Positions 29,456 through 38,584 are shown, counted from the stretch's first letter. The stretch: DNA of 64,000 nucleotides from Myxococcota bacterium (GCA_965247115.1 CBDFGR010000002.1:320001-384000); one strand, 5' to 3'. The notes: generated by a model from the letters alone, not told the origin. Numbers and translations: made by a program.

Positions 29456-29510
29456 TGCCCGGCCTCCTTGCGGCGCGGAGCATCATAGTCCTCACGCGGC
29501 CGAGCTGGAA

Positions 29511-29531
29511 GGCGGGAATCAAACCCGCGTC
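29511..29531 (-). repeat. Degenerate direct repeat of the tmRNA 3' end (probable att scar)
   Basis: ggcgggaatcAaacccgcgtc vs ggcgggaatcGaacccgcgtc at 34464-34484; 20/21 identical, same orientation, intergenic. Confidence 0.75.
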
Positions 29532-29580
29532 TGCGTGCGTCGCCCCGTAGCTGGGGCGGCCTCTCGATCGAGGGGTGACG

Positions 29581-30540
29581 TTACCTAGGTGCGAGCCCTC
29601 GCGCCGTTTCCATGGCGTCGACCACGCCGGGCTCCAGATCGAACACCACCGTATCGACCCCATTGTCGACGTAACGCTGAACCTTCTCCCGAACTTCCTC
29701 CATCGGGCCGTGCGCCACCAGCGAGTCCACGAAGGCGTCCGGAATCGCGGCGGCGGCACCCTTGCGGTCGCGCGTCTTCCACTTGTCCCAGCACTCGCGC
29801 AGCTCGTCCCCGTGTCCCATCCACTCCTGGGCGGCGGCGTAGCTGGGTGCGTTCAGATACTCGTTGAGCCCCGCGCGCCACATCTCGCGCACCTTGTCCA
29901 CGTCTTGGTTCGGGGACACGTAGACGTTGCAGATGATCTCCGCGTTCGGGTTCTTCGCCTTCACGTGGGGGACAATCTGCTTGATGTCCTCGGCCGAGAC
30001 GTTGTTGAGGACGGCACCATCGCCGAGCTCGCCCGAGAGCCCCAACATCCTGGGGCGGACCGCGCCGATCACGATCGGCGGCGGCTGCTCGATCTTCGCC
30101 GCCAGCTGAAAGCGCTTCACAGTGAAGGTCTCGTACTCCTCGTCCACCTTCTCCCCGGCAAGGGCCGCGCGCAGGAAGCTGAGCGTGTCGCGCACCCGGG
30201 CGTAGGGCTTCACGTAGGGTACGCCGTTCCAGTTCTCAACGATAGTCTTGGTGGAAGCGCCGATGCCGGCGACCACCCGCCCCGGGGCAGCCTGGCAGAG
30301 CCCCGCGATGGACATGGCCAGGATCGCGGCGCCGCGGGTATAGGCCTGGGCGATGCCGAGACCCAGACGAACCGTCGGCGCGTAGGTCGAGGCCACGGCC
30401 AGGGGCGTGAAGGCGTCGAGCACGTAGTTCTCGTTGGACCAGATGTCGGTGTAGCCGAGGTCGGGAATCTCCCGGAGCGAAGGCCCCAACGCGTGCAGCG
30501 GTTCGACAAAACTCGAGAGTGTGATCCCGTAGCGGGCCAG
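29581..30540 (-). CDS. LLM class, probably F420-dependent, oxidoreductase with probable CTG start
   Basis: (L)ARYGITL..LGYTDIWSNE..DAFTPLAVA..LGLGIAQAYTRG; AGGAGG 7 nt before CTG at 30540. Confidence 0.8.
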   Translation of the reverse strand: MARYGITLSSFVEPLHALGPSLREIPDLGYTDIWSNENYVLDAFTPLAVASTYAPTVRLGLGIAQAYTRGAAILAMSIAGLCQAAPGRVVAGIGASTKTIVENWNGVPYVKPYARVRDTLSFLRAALAGEKVDEEYETFTVKRFQLAAKIEQPPPIVIGAVRPRMLGLSGELGDGAVLNNVSAEDIKQIVPHVKAKNPNAEIICNVYVSPNQDVDKVREMWRAGLNEYLNAPSYAAAQEWMGHGDELRECWDKWKTRDRKGAAAAIPDAFVDSLVAHGPMEEVREKVQRYVDNGVDTVVFDLEPGVVDAMETARGLAPR

Positions 30541-30573
30541 CGGATTTCCTCCTGGTGTGAGCCGTTGGGGCGG

Positions 30574-31416
30574 CTACTGCGGAGCTGCTCCTGCACCGAT
30601 CACCACTTCAAACTCCGTTTCCAACCCAGATGAGTTCTCGAACCGCCCCAAGAAGTTGCGCACTTCCGACCAGGCCACACTTCGTGCCTGCTCAGATAGC
30701 TCTGCCACCGCAGCACGATAAACGCCAAAGGCGCTCCGCATCATTTGTAACGCCGCATCCGCCGAATCAAGGCTCAGACGCACCCGCATCAACTCCGTCT
30801 CGACCTCGATGTAACCGCTCTCAGCGAAAGTGCTCTCAAGCAATCCTGGAGCGCCCAACGCGAAGATACCCGGCTGCCCAGGAGGCGGCGGCTCCTTCCC
30901 CGCGTGACGGAGCAGTATCCCCAGCGGACCCGACATAAACGGGTTGTTCGGTGGCGTCGTGAACACCAATGCGGCGAACCTCCCGCCGGGCCTTAGCGAG
31001 CGACGAACCGCCGTCGCAGCGCACCGAGGATCGGGGAACAACATGAGCCCTAACCGACAGATCGCCGCGTCGAAATCGTGCGAGACGTCAAGGTCTTCCG
31101 CCGCGCATTCAAGGGTCCTGATATTCGAGACGCCCTGTTGCTCGGCCTTCTTAGAAACCTGGCTCAGCATCGTAGCTGAGATGTCACTGGCGACTATCGC
31201 GCCGTCTGCCCCTACGCGTTCGGCGGCCTGAAATGTCTGGCTACCCGCACCGCAGGCCAAGTCGAGCACCTTGGCACCTGGGGCCACCGCAGCGATATCG
31301 AGCATCTGGGCCGTCGCGTCACGAAATCCCGACGCGAACAGCTCCTCCCAAGTCGCCCACCCCAGTGCGGCGGCCTCCCATGTCTTACGTGCGTCGGCCT
31401 TTGTAAGCCTTGCCAT
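30574..31416 (-). CDS. Class I SAM-dependent methyltransferase (UbiE-like)
   Basis: VLDLACGAG, SDISATML, FDAAICRLGLMLFPD, LRPGG; start at 31416 or 31425. Confidence 0.88.
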   Translation of the reverse strand: MARLTKADARKTWEAAALGWATWEELFASGFRDATAQMLDIAAVAPGAKVLDLACGAGSQTFQAAERVGADGAIVASDISATMLSQVSKKAEQQGVSNIRTLECAAEDLDVSHDFDAAICRLGLMLFPDPRCAATAVRRSLRPGGRFAALVFTTPPNNPFMSGPLGILLRHAGKEPPPPGQPGIFALGAPGLLESTFAESGYIEVETELMRVRLSLDSADAALQMMRSAFGVYRAAVAELSEQARSVAWSEVRNFLGRFENSSGLETEFEVVIGAGAAPQ

Positions 31417-31557
31417 TCTTGCCATCCGCTGCGGAGACCAGGGTACGTGACGTGGAGTGCGGAGAGCAAGCGCTTTAGCCCCCGCCAAACGGCGGGAGTC
31501 AAAACGAAAAGTATGTGCGCACGTGAAACTGAGTCGCTCTTTCGGCATCGCCGAGCT

Positions 31558-32844
31558 CTAGCTAGTGCGGCTGCGGCGGCGGCTCGGGCGGCGGCTCGAC
31601 GAGCCGCGGCGACTGCTTCGCGAACGCCCGCTTGCTTTCGGCTGTCCACCGCGAGCGCGTCCTTTGGGTGCGCGGCGAGTCTCCGGCTTAGCCCCGGTAT
31701 CGGGCTCGAAGCCCTCAACGTGTCGGCGCTGGATCGGCGCGCCAATCATCCGTTCGGTTGCACGCACCCAGTCGCGGTCATCGCTGGTGACAAACGTGCA
31801 GGCAATGCCCTCTTGCTCGGCACGGCCGGTGCGGCCAATGCGGTGAGTGTAGGCCCCGGGCGTGTTGGGAACGTCGAAGTTGATCACGTACGAGACATCG
31901 CTCACATCGATGCCGCGCGCCGCGATATCGGTAGCCACCAGGACGTCGTAGCGACGCGACCGAAACCCTTGCATGGCCCGGTCGCGTTGCGGTTGAGACA
32001 TGTTGCCCTGAAGGCACACCGCGTTATGCCCGGCCTTGGCCAATTGCTCGGCAAGCCGCCGTGCGCGGTGCTTGGTGCGGATGAACACGATCGCGGAGTC
32101 GCAGTCATCACCGGCCAGCACGTGTTCGAGTAGCGCGCGCTTGCGATCCTCGGCGACCAAGACCAGCGCGTGATCGATCGTCGATGCGGGCGTAGCGTTT
32201 GCGAGTTCGACGACATGAGGGTCGGTCAGCACATCGTCAGCCAGTCGGCGAATCTCTTTCGGCATCGAAGCCGAGAACAGCAAGTTCTGTCGATTCTGCG
32301 GCAGCGTCTTCAGGATCTTGCGGATGTCCGGCAGGAACCCCATGTCGAACATGTGGTCGGCTTCATCGAGCACCAGCGTTTCGACCTGGTCGAGATGAAG
32401 CAGTCCCTGCTGGAGCAGGTCGAGCACGCGGCCCGGGCAGCCGACTACGATGTCGGGGCGCTGACGCAGCGCCTTGACCTGCGTCGAGATCGCGACCCCG
32501 CCATAGATCGTGATCGGCTTCAGCTTGGTGAACTTTGAGAGCGCGCCGATCTCGGTGGCGATCTGAGTCGCGAGCTCGCGAGTCGGAGCCAGCACCAAGG
32601 CGCGCGGCCCCCTGCCCGGCTCCTCGAGCAGATAGTCGAGCAACGGCAGCGCGAAGGCCGCCGTTTTGCCCGTGCCGGTCTGGGCCAGACCCAGTACATC
32701 TCGACCGTCGAGACCCGCGGGAATGGTTTCAAGTTGGATGGGTCGGGGATCTTCAAAGCCCGCGGCGCGGATCCCGCGCACCAGCCGTTCGTCGAACTCG
32801 AATCGGTCGAATCCCGTCGATTCAATGGATACACGTGCAGACAC
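31558..32844 (-). CDS. DEAD-box RNA helicase (RhlE-like) with basic C-terminal tail
   Basis: Q motif, AQTGTGKT, PTRELA, GG, DEAD, SAS, ARGID, HRIGRTGR; GTG at 32844 preferred over the 92-codon upstream extension. Confidence 0.92.
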   Translation of the reverse strand: MSARVSIESTGFDRFEFDERLVRGIRAAGFEDPRPIQLETIPAGLDGRDVLGLAQTGTGKTAAFALPLLDYLLEEPGRGPRALVLAPTRELATQIATEIGALSKFTKLKPITIYGGVAISTQVKALRQRPDIVVGCPGRVLDLLQQGLLHLDQVETLVLDEADHMFDMGFLPDIRKILKTLPQNRQNLLFSASMPKEIRRLADDVLTDPHVVELANATPASTIDHALVLVAEDRKRALLEHVLAGDDCDSAIVFIRTKHRARRLAEQLAKAGHNAVCLQGNMSQPQRDRAMQGFRSRRYDVLVATDIAARGIDVSDVSYVINFDVPNTPGAYTHRIGRTGRAEQEGIACTFVTSDDRDWVRATERMIGAPIQRRHVEGFEPDTGAKPETRRAPKGRARGGQPKASGRSRSSRRGSSSRRPSRRRSRTS

Positions 32845-32874
32845 AGTGAGTTTGTTCTCCGCCGTTCGCGCGCA

Positions 32875-32912
32875 GGGCTTACCTGGACGCCAGGGCCGTA
32901 ATGTTTCGACCC
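32875..32912 (-). promoter_or_regulatory. Candidate structured leader element upstream of the DEAD-box helicase
   Basis: GGGTCGAAACATTACGGCCCTGGCGTCCAGGTAAGCCC: nested CTGG/CCAG, TTAC/GTAA and GGG/CCC pairings. Confidence 0.4.
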
Positions 32913-33140
32913 ACACAACAGCGAAGGGCAAGATGGATTCCGGGGCGGCGCGTCCAATCACACTCTCACAGGAATGACAGAACCTGTCGTGCGCCGCGTC
33001 GGGCAGCTGCCCGATCGAGGAATGAATAGCCGTTCCCGCGACCTCGCGCCAGTGGTCGGTGTGGCGATTTGAGAGGGTTTCTCGGGTTCTGACAGTGGCC
33101 TGCCCGTCCGATCGAGTCATCTGAGGGCCGGGGGGCAGCC

Positions 33141-34289
33141 TCAGGCGATGGTCAGAAGATCCTGAGGATTCCTGTAGAGAATCTTCTCGATCAGCGCCTC
33201 ATCGAACCCCTTGTGACGCATCAACGCCGTGACGGTCTCCGGTATGTGCTGCCAGCCGTGACCGCCATACTTGCGCTTCCAATGCTGCAAGGCGAGATCG
33301 TGTGACATAAGCACATGCGATGCATGTCCAGCCTCTACCAGTGCCATGATTAGATTCAAACGAATTGCATCGTTGGGCTGGTCTACGTTGTCGCGCTGCC
33401 GATATGATTCTTCCCATCCAAAGCCATCGAATTCCAGGTACATTCCTGTCTTGGCAAGCTCCAGAAACGGTTCCGGATCAAAGGAATTCGGCGCGGGCCT
33501 GGAAGCCAGCCGCTGATCGACATGGCACATGATTGTGCGCGACAGGTCCGCTTTTTCATCTTCGAGGATTCGTACCGCGGCCCATATTGCGTCCGGCCCG
33601 AACCCGGGATGAACGCTAAGTGCGACGCCGCTTGCTCGTTGTGCCCGTGCGGACGCCCTGAGCACTTTTTCTTCATCGGGATGGATTTGTGTGTTCAGTC
33701 CGACCTCGCCGATGATGCCTGCCTGTACGCCACCTGCGACGCCTTTATCGAGCTCACGCATGATGCGCTGCTCGACAGCGCCAATGTCCATGCCAGCAAT
33801 TTCACTCGGATGGTATTCGTGCGTGTAGTAGCTGGTCGCCATGACGAAGTGCACGCCGGTCATACGAGCGACCTGCTGCAGACCGCGCGGGTCCCGGGCA
33901 ATTCCGATCGATGTCTGATCGACAATGCATCCGCCGCCGTGCCGTTTGAACAAATTGGCCTCGTAGATAACGTCGTCCACGATCGTCGACTTGAAGTTGC
34001 CGTAGTAGAACCAGTTGCGTGCTACGTCTGCGCGATTCTCGAGGGAAATCGGCTCGTTCCATTTCGGCCGAAACGAAGCGGCAGTGCCGGGTCCTTCCTG
34101 GCCGGGTTCCCAGCCGGCCTCAGGAGTACTGGCGGCTGCTTTTCCTGACTCAGTCTGGTCGATAAGCACGTCCGCGCAGCAGGCCCCAAGGGTCATGTCG
34201 AGCAGGACATGCTCGTGTGGCAGGGTCAGGCCAAGCACTTCGGGAGATATGGGGCCCAGAACAGTCTGCACTTGACCTTTATGAATCAC
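33141..34289 (-). CDS. Phosphotriesterase-related amidohydrolase (PTER-like, Glu-bridged metal site)
   Basis: VQTVLGPI, TLPHEH, GIIGEVG, SVHPG, MCHVD, LEFDGFG, MSHD, KYGGHG, NP. Confidence 0.88.
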   Translation of the reverse strand: MIHKGQVQTVLGPISPEVLGLTLPHEHVLLDMTLGACCADVLIDQTESGKAAASTPEAGWEPGQEGPGTAASFRPKWNEPISLENRADVARNWFYYGNFKSTIVDDVIYEANLFKRHGGGCIVDQTSIGIARDPRGLQQVARMTGVHFVMATSYYTHEYHPSEIAGMDIGAVEQRIMRELDKGVAGGVQAGIIGEVGLNTQIHPDEEKVLRASARAQRASGVALSVHPGFGPDAIWAAVRILEDEKADLSRTIMCHVDQRLASRPAPNSFDPEPFLELAKTGMYLEFDGFGWEESYRQRDNVDQPNDAIRLNLIMALVEAGHASHVLMSHDLALQHWKRKYGGHGWQHIPETVTALMRHKGFDEALIEKILYRNPQDLLTIA

Positions 34290-34453
34290 GTTTCTCTCGT
34301 TTTCTTTTGATTTGGTTCCACCAAGTCACGAACTGACTTTGGGCGGGTGTCGCCGATCCTCCTAGGTCTCATTGTGGAAGTCAATCGACAGCGGCACCAG
34401 AACTGAGTATCCGCTCCATGTAGGTGGCACCGAGGCCGTGCCAGTTGAACTGG

Positions 34454-34820
34454 TGGTGGAGGCGGCGGGAATCGAACCCGCGTCCGAATAGCGTCTTTCG
34501 CCTGCGTCTACGTGTGTAGCTCCGTGTTCTGTTTTAACTCCTGACCCGAGGCTTCGGAGCCCGCCTGATCAGGAGCGAGCCGGGATCTTTTCTCGCGCGC
34601 ATCCACCCGACAGGAATGCGCGCCAGCCTGCTGGGTATGACACCCCCGCGGCTCAGCAGGCGTCGGCCGCGGGCATGCTCGCTGTCTTAGGGTTTAGCTA
34701 AGCAGCGAGAGCGAGGTTTTCATCGGCAATTATAAGTTGCCTTGCCGCGGGTTTAGCGAGGACACAGCACCTCGACACGCAACAGACGCTCTCGGCTACC
34801 CGTCGAAACCGATCGCCCCC
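34454..34820 (-). ncRNA. ssrA: tmRNA
   Basis: 5' GGGGGCGATCGGTTTCGAC; 3' GGACGCGGGTTCGATTCCCGCCGCCTCCACCA; acceptor stem with G3-U; tag ORF present; smpB nearby; TAGACT -10 at 34830-34835. Confidence 0.97.
34698..34727 (-). CDS. tmRNA proteolysis tag reading frame (A)ADENLALAA*
   Basis: ATAATT then GCC GAT GAA AAC CTC GCT CTC GCT GCT TAG. Confidence 0.9.
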   Translation of the reverse strand, partial: ADENLALAA

Positions 34821-34881
34821 GTGAAGCACAGTCTAACGGATGGGGGGGCTCGGGGCCTTTGCTAGACTCGGCGCTCTGCCT

Positions 34882-35550
34882 ATGGCCAGGCGTCTGAAAC
34901 AGCTCGGCGCGCTCGCTGCGATCGGGGTCGGCGCGTCCGGCTTCTATTGGCTCCACCTGGGGAGCAACGTCGAGTGGACGCAGGAAGCCTTCCAGAGCTA
35001 CGTCTCTGACCTCGGACCGCTCGGACCCGCCATCCTGGTAGGGACCATGGCGATGCGCCCCTTCCTCGGCCTGCCCTCGGGCTTGATCCTGCTCACGGCC
35101 GGGCTGCTGTTCGGGACGCTGGCAGGGACATTCTACGGCGTACTCGGCGGAACGCTGGGCGCCGTGATCGCCCTCGGAGTGGCGCGGGCGCTCGGACGCG
35201 AGGCCGTGCAGCGTCGCATCGGCGGCAGCCTGGCCGCCTTCGACGACTACCTGACGCGGCGCGGGCCTCCCTGGCTTGCCGCGTACACAGCGATCCCGGT
35301 CTCGGTGCTGAGTCCCGTCTACTTCACGGCGGGCGTGACGCGGATGCGTGCGACCCCCTTCACACTGGCCATCGCGATCGGCTTCCTGCCACGAGCGGGC
35401 CTCTACACGTTTCTGGGGAACACGTTCCGCGAGCCAAGCAGCTCGAACCTCGCGATCGCGTCAGGCCTGATGGTCCTCGCGCTCGCCGCCATCCTGCTGG
35501 CGCGCCGCTACCTGTTCCCGCCCGCAGTTCTCGATCAGTCCCGGCGCTGA
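34882..35550 (+). CDS. TVP38/TMEM64 (DedA/VTT domain) membrane protein
   Basis: PFLGLPSGLILLTAGLLFG..G..YGVLGGTLGA..ARALGR; hydrophobic throughout. Confidence 0.82.
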   Translation: MARRLKQLGALAAIGVGASGFYWLHLGSNVEWTQEAFQSYVSDLGPLGPAILVGTMAMRPFLGLPSGLILLTAGLLFGTLAGTFYGVLGGTLGAVIALGVARALGREAVQRRIGGSLAAFDDYLTRRGPPWLAAYTAIPVSVLSPVYFTAGVTRMRATPFTLAIAIGFLPRAGLYTFLGNTFREPSSSNLAIASGLMVLALAAILLARRYLFPPAVLDQSRR

Positions 35551-36024
35551 CTAGCGGCGGCGCGCCTCGCGCTTGGTAATGCGCTGGAGGTGGCGATCGG
35601 ACTCGCGCTTGGCAATCGCCTCCCGCTTGTCGTATCGCTTCTTTCCGCGCGCGAGCGCCAACTCCACCTTGGCCCGGCCGCGCTCGAAGTAGAGCTCGAG
35701 CGGGATCAATGTGCGACCCCGTTCGTGGACCTTGCCGCGCAGGCGATGAATCTCGGTCTTGTGCAGGAGCAGCTTGCGGGGACGCACCGGATCGTGATTC
35801 TCTCGATTGGCCTGCTCGTAGGGCGAGATATGCGCCTTCATCAGGAACACCTCGCCGTTGCCGCTGATGCGCGCGTAGCCGTCCACGAGATTCGCGCGAC
35901 CCTCCCGCAGCGACTTGACCTCAGAGCCGACCAGGACGATTCCGGCCTCGATCGTCTCCTCGATCAGGTAGTTGAACCGGGCGCGACGGTTCTTGCAGAT
36001 CGTTTGACGCTTCGCCTCGGTCAC
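35551..36024 (-). CDS. smpB: SsrA-binding protein
   Basis: NRRARFNY, EAGIVLVGSEVKSLR, RKLLLHKTEI, KKRYDKRE. Confidence 0.97.
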   Translation of the reverse strand: MTEAKRQTICKNRRARFNYLIEETIEAGIVLVGSEVKSLREGRANLVDGYARISGNGEVFLMKAHISPYEQANRENHDPVRPRKLLLHKTEIHRLRGKVHERGRTLIPLELYFERGRAKVELALARGKKRYDKREAIAKRESDRHLQRITKREARRR

Positions 36025-36680
36025 GAACGCGGAGACGGTGGCAGCGTCTCGGCCCCGTCCGCGATGCTGTCGGCGATTCCGGCCGAGATGATCAGCTTGA
36101 ACGCCTCCTCGACGGAGAGCCCCGTCTCGACGGTCTCGTGCTCGGGAACAAGCAGAAAGTAGCCCGTGGTCGGGTTCGGCGTGCTCGACACGAAGAGCTT
36201 GAGAAGCTTGCCCGGCAGATCCGGTGTCAGTCCGCTCGACTCGCCAGTAACAAATGCGTACGTGAAGATGCCTTTGCGCGGATACTCGATCAGGACCACG
36301 CGGTCAAAGCTCGAGGGCGATGCCCCGTCGCCGACGACGGCGGCCATGAACTGCTTCAATACCGCGTACAGACTGCGAGCAACCGGAATCCTCTCGACAA
36401 TATTCTCCCAGAAGCCGAGGGCGCTCTTTCCGACGAAGCTTCGAGTGAGCGCCCCCACCAGCAGGATGACCGCGAGAGTGACGGCTGCGCCCAGGAAGCG
36501 CGGCTGCGCGACCTCCAGGCCCAGCGCGCGAAACACGAGGGGCAGGACGAGCTTGTCGAGCTGGTCGACGAGCCAGAGAACGCCCAGCAGGGTGAAGCCG
36601 ACCGGGACGAACACGAGCAGGCCGGCCAGAAAGTCGCGCCGCAGAGCGTTGACGACCCTACGCCAGATTCTGCCCCACAC
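36021..36680 (-). CDS. DUF502 membrane protein
   Basis: FLAGLLVFVP, RIPVARSLY, VVLIEYPRKG, TPNPTTGY, EEAFKLIISAG. Confidence 0.9.
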   Translation of the reverse strand: MWGRIWRRVVNALRRDFLAGLLVFVPVGFTLLGVLWLVDQLDKLVLPLVFRALGLEVAQPRFLGAAVTLAVILLVGALTRSFVGKSALGFWENIVERIPVARSLYAVLKQFMAAVVGDGASPSSFDRVVLIEYPRKGIFTYAFVTGESSGLTPDLPGKLLKLFVSSTPNPTTGYFLLVPEHETVETGLSVEEAFKLIISAGIADSIADGAETLPPSPRS

Positions 36681-36829
36681 AACGAACCTCCACCGCCGCT
36701 GCTCCCTCGGCGATGCCCGTCAAGCTAGCGGAGCCGGTTTTGCGAGTCGACGAAGCAGATGCACGGCTGGTGCTTGCGGGCCTCAGCTGTCTCCATCTGA
36801 GCGTAGCTCGCGATGGTGACGCAGCAGCA

Positions 36830-37696
36830 TCACTCCTCCCCCAGCAGGGTGTTGTCGATCAGGCGTGTACCGTCGATGAAGACGGCCAGCGCCAGGACTG
36901 CGGGCCCCCGGATCTGGTCGAGCGGCTCGAGCGTTCGCGCGTCGCAGAGCTCTACGTACTGGATCTCCGCCGCGTCCTCCTTCTCGATGCGGCGCCGTGC
37001 CACGTCGACGAAGTAGGCCGCGTCTCGCTCGCCATCACGGAAGAGCCTTCTCGCTTCGACCAGGGCGGCGTTCAGGCAGCGCGCCTGCAGCCGCGAGTCC
37101 TCATCGAGATACGCGTTGCGCGAGCTCATGGCGAGGCCATCGGGCTCCCGGACCGTCGGGCCGGGCACGATCTCGACGCCGAACAGGAGGGCGTTGCTCA
37201 TGGCGCGGACGACCTGCAGCTGCTGGTAGTCCTTCTGGCCGAAGACTGCGACGTCGGGGCGCGCGGCATGGAAGAGGCGGGCCACGACCGTTGTCACGCC
37301 GCGGAAGTGCCCCGGCCGGATCCTCCCGCAGAGCCCGCGCGTCAGCTGCTCCACGTCCACCCACACGGGCGGCACGCCAGGGGGGTACATCTGAGCGGCG
37401 CTGGGAGCAAAGACCACGTCGACGCCCAGCGCTGCGAGCTTGGCAAGATCCCCGTACAGGTCCCGGGGGTACGCCTCCAGGTCCTCGTCCTCGCCGAACT
37501 GGGTGGGGTTCACAAAGATGCTGACCACCACCCGCTCGGCTCGCTCTCGGGCCAGACGTACGAGCGACAGGTGCCCCTCATGGAGGGCTCCCAGGGTCGG
37601 CACGAGCCCCACGCGCCGGCCGCCGCGGCGGATCTCGTCGGACCAACGCTGTAGGGCGCGAACCTCGGAGATGACGAGCGGCTCAGTAGGACTCAT
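36830..37696 (-). CDS. panC: Pantoate-beta-alanine ligase
   Basis: VPTLGALHEGHLSL, FVNPTQF, RPGHFRGV, FGQKDYQQ, AMSSRN, RLIDN. Confidence 0.97.
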   Translation of the reverse strand: MSPTEPLVISEVRALQRWSDEIRRGGRRVGLVPTLGALHEGHLSLVRLARERAERVVVSIFVNPTQFGEDEDLEAYPRDLYGDLAKLAALGVDVVFAPSAAQMYPPGVPPVWVDVEQLTRGLCGRIRPGHFRGVTTVVARLFHAARPDVAVFGQKDYQQLQVVRAMSNALLFGVEIVPGPTVREPDGLAMSSRNAYLDEDSRLQARCLNAALVEARRLFRDGERDAAYFVDVARRRIEKEDAAEIQYVELCDARTLEPLDQIRGPAVLALAVFIDGTRLIDNTLLGEE

Positions 37697-38486
37697 TGTC
37701 GCCGGGAAACTTCTGGAGCCGCACGTCCTCCGCGTACATCTGGGCGGCGCGCCGCACGATCGCGCTCAGGTCCACGTACTGCCGCACGAACTTCGGCGGC
37801 GAGCCCGACTCGAGACCGAGCATGTCGTGCATCACGAGCACCTGGCCGTCGCAGCCGAGCCCAGCCCCTATGCCGATCGTCGGGATCTCGAGTGCCTTCG
37901 TGATCTCCGCGCCAAGCTCCCGGGGCACGCACTCCACCACCACCGCAAAGGCGCCTGCCTCCTGGACCGCCAGCGCCTCGCGTAGCACGCGCTCGTGTCC
38001 GGCATCGCCCTTGCCCTGGACTCGGTAGCCCCCAACGGCGTGGACGGACTGCGGCGTCAGCCCGACGTGGCCCATCACGGGGATGTCCATGCGCGCGATC
38101 GCAGCGATGCGCTCGGCGACACGCCCACCGCCCTCGAGCTTCACGGCCTGTGCGCCGCCCTCCTTGATAAAGCGCACCGCCGTGTCGAGGGTCTGCTCCT
38201 CGCTCGTCTGATAGCTGCCAAAGGGCATGTCCCCGACAACCAGAGCGCGGCGCGCCGCGCGCGCGACCATGCTGCAGTGATAGAGCGACTGCTCGAGCGT
38301 GACGGGCAGCGTCGTCGCGTGGCCCTGGACGACACATCCCAGTGTGTCGCCCACAAGGAGAATGTCGATCCCGGCCTGATCGAAGATACGCGCAAACGGG
38401 AAGTCGTAGGCCGTCAGCATCGCGATCTTCTCGCCGCGTCGCTTCATGCGCGCCAGCGAGGGAACCGTCACGCGGGACTCGGTCAT
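37683..38486 (-). CDS. panB: 3-methyl-2-oxobutanoate hydroxymethyltransferase
   Basis: MLTAYD, LVGDTLG, DMPFGSY, VKLEGG, GHVGLTPQ, TIGIGAG, DGQVLV. Confidence 0.97.
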   Translation of the reverse strand: MTESRVTVPSLARMKRRGEKIAMLTAYDFPFARIFDQAGIDILLVGDTLGCVVQGHATTLPVTLEQSLYHCSMVARAARRALVVGDMPFGSYQTSEEQTLDTAVRFIKEGGAQAVKLEGGGRVAERIAAIARMDIPVMGHVGLTPQSVHAVGGYRVQGKGDAGHERVLREALAVQEAGAFAVVVECVPRELGAEITKALEIPTIGIGAGLGCDGQVLVMHDMLGLESGSPPKFVRQYVDLSAIVRRAAQMYAEDVRLQKFPGDNESY

Positions 38487-38512
38487 GGCTGAACTCCTCT
38501 TTCGCGCCCGCC

Positions 38513-38546
38513 AAAACAGAGCGCCTCCGACGGTTCGGAAGGCGCT
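38513..38546 (-). terminator. Leader terminator/attenuator hairpin upstream of panB
   Basis: AGCGCCTTCCGA-ACCG-TCGGAGGCGCT followed by CTGTTTT, just before the panB SD. Confidence 0.7.
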
Positions 38547-38584
38547 TCACGGTCTGACGGTGCGAACGGTTCAACCGTTCGAGT

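Noticed and set aside
31481..31503. GGCGGGAGTCAAA resembling another ssrA scar
   Set aside because: Explained by the local hairpin CCCGCC-AAAC-GGCGGG; the match does not extend. Similar weak words at ~20583 and ~23814 were also dismissed
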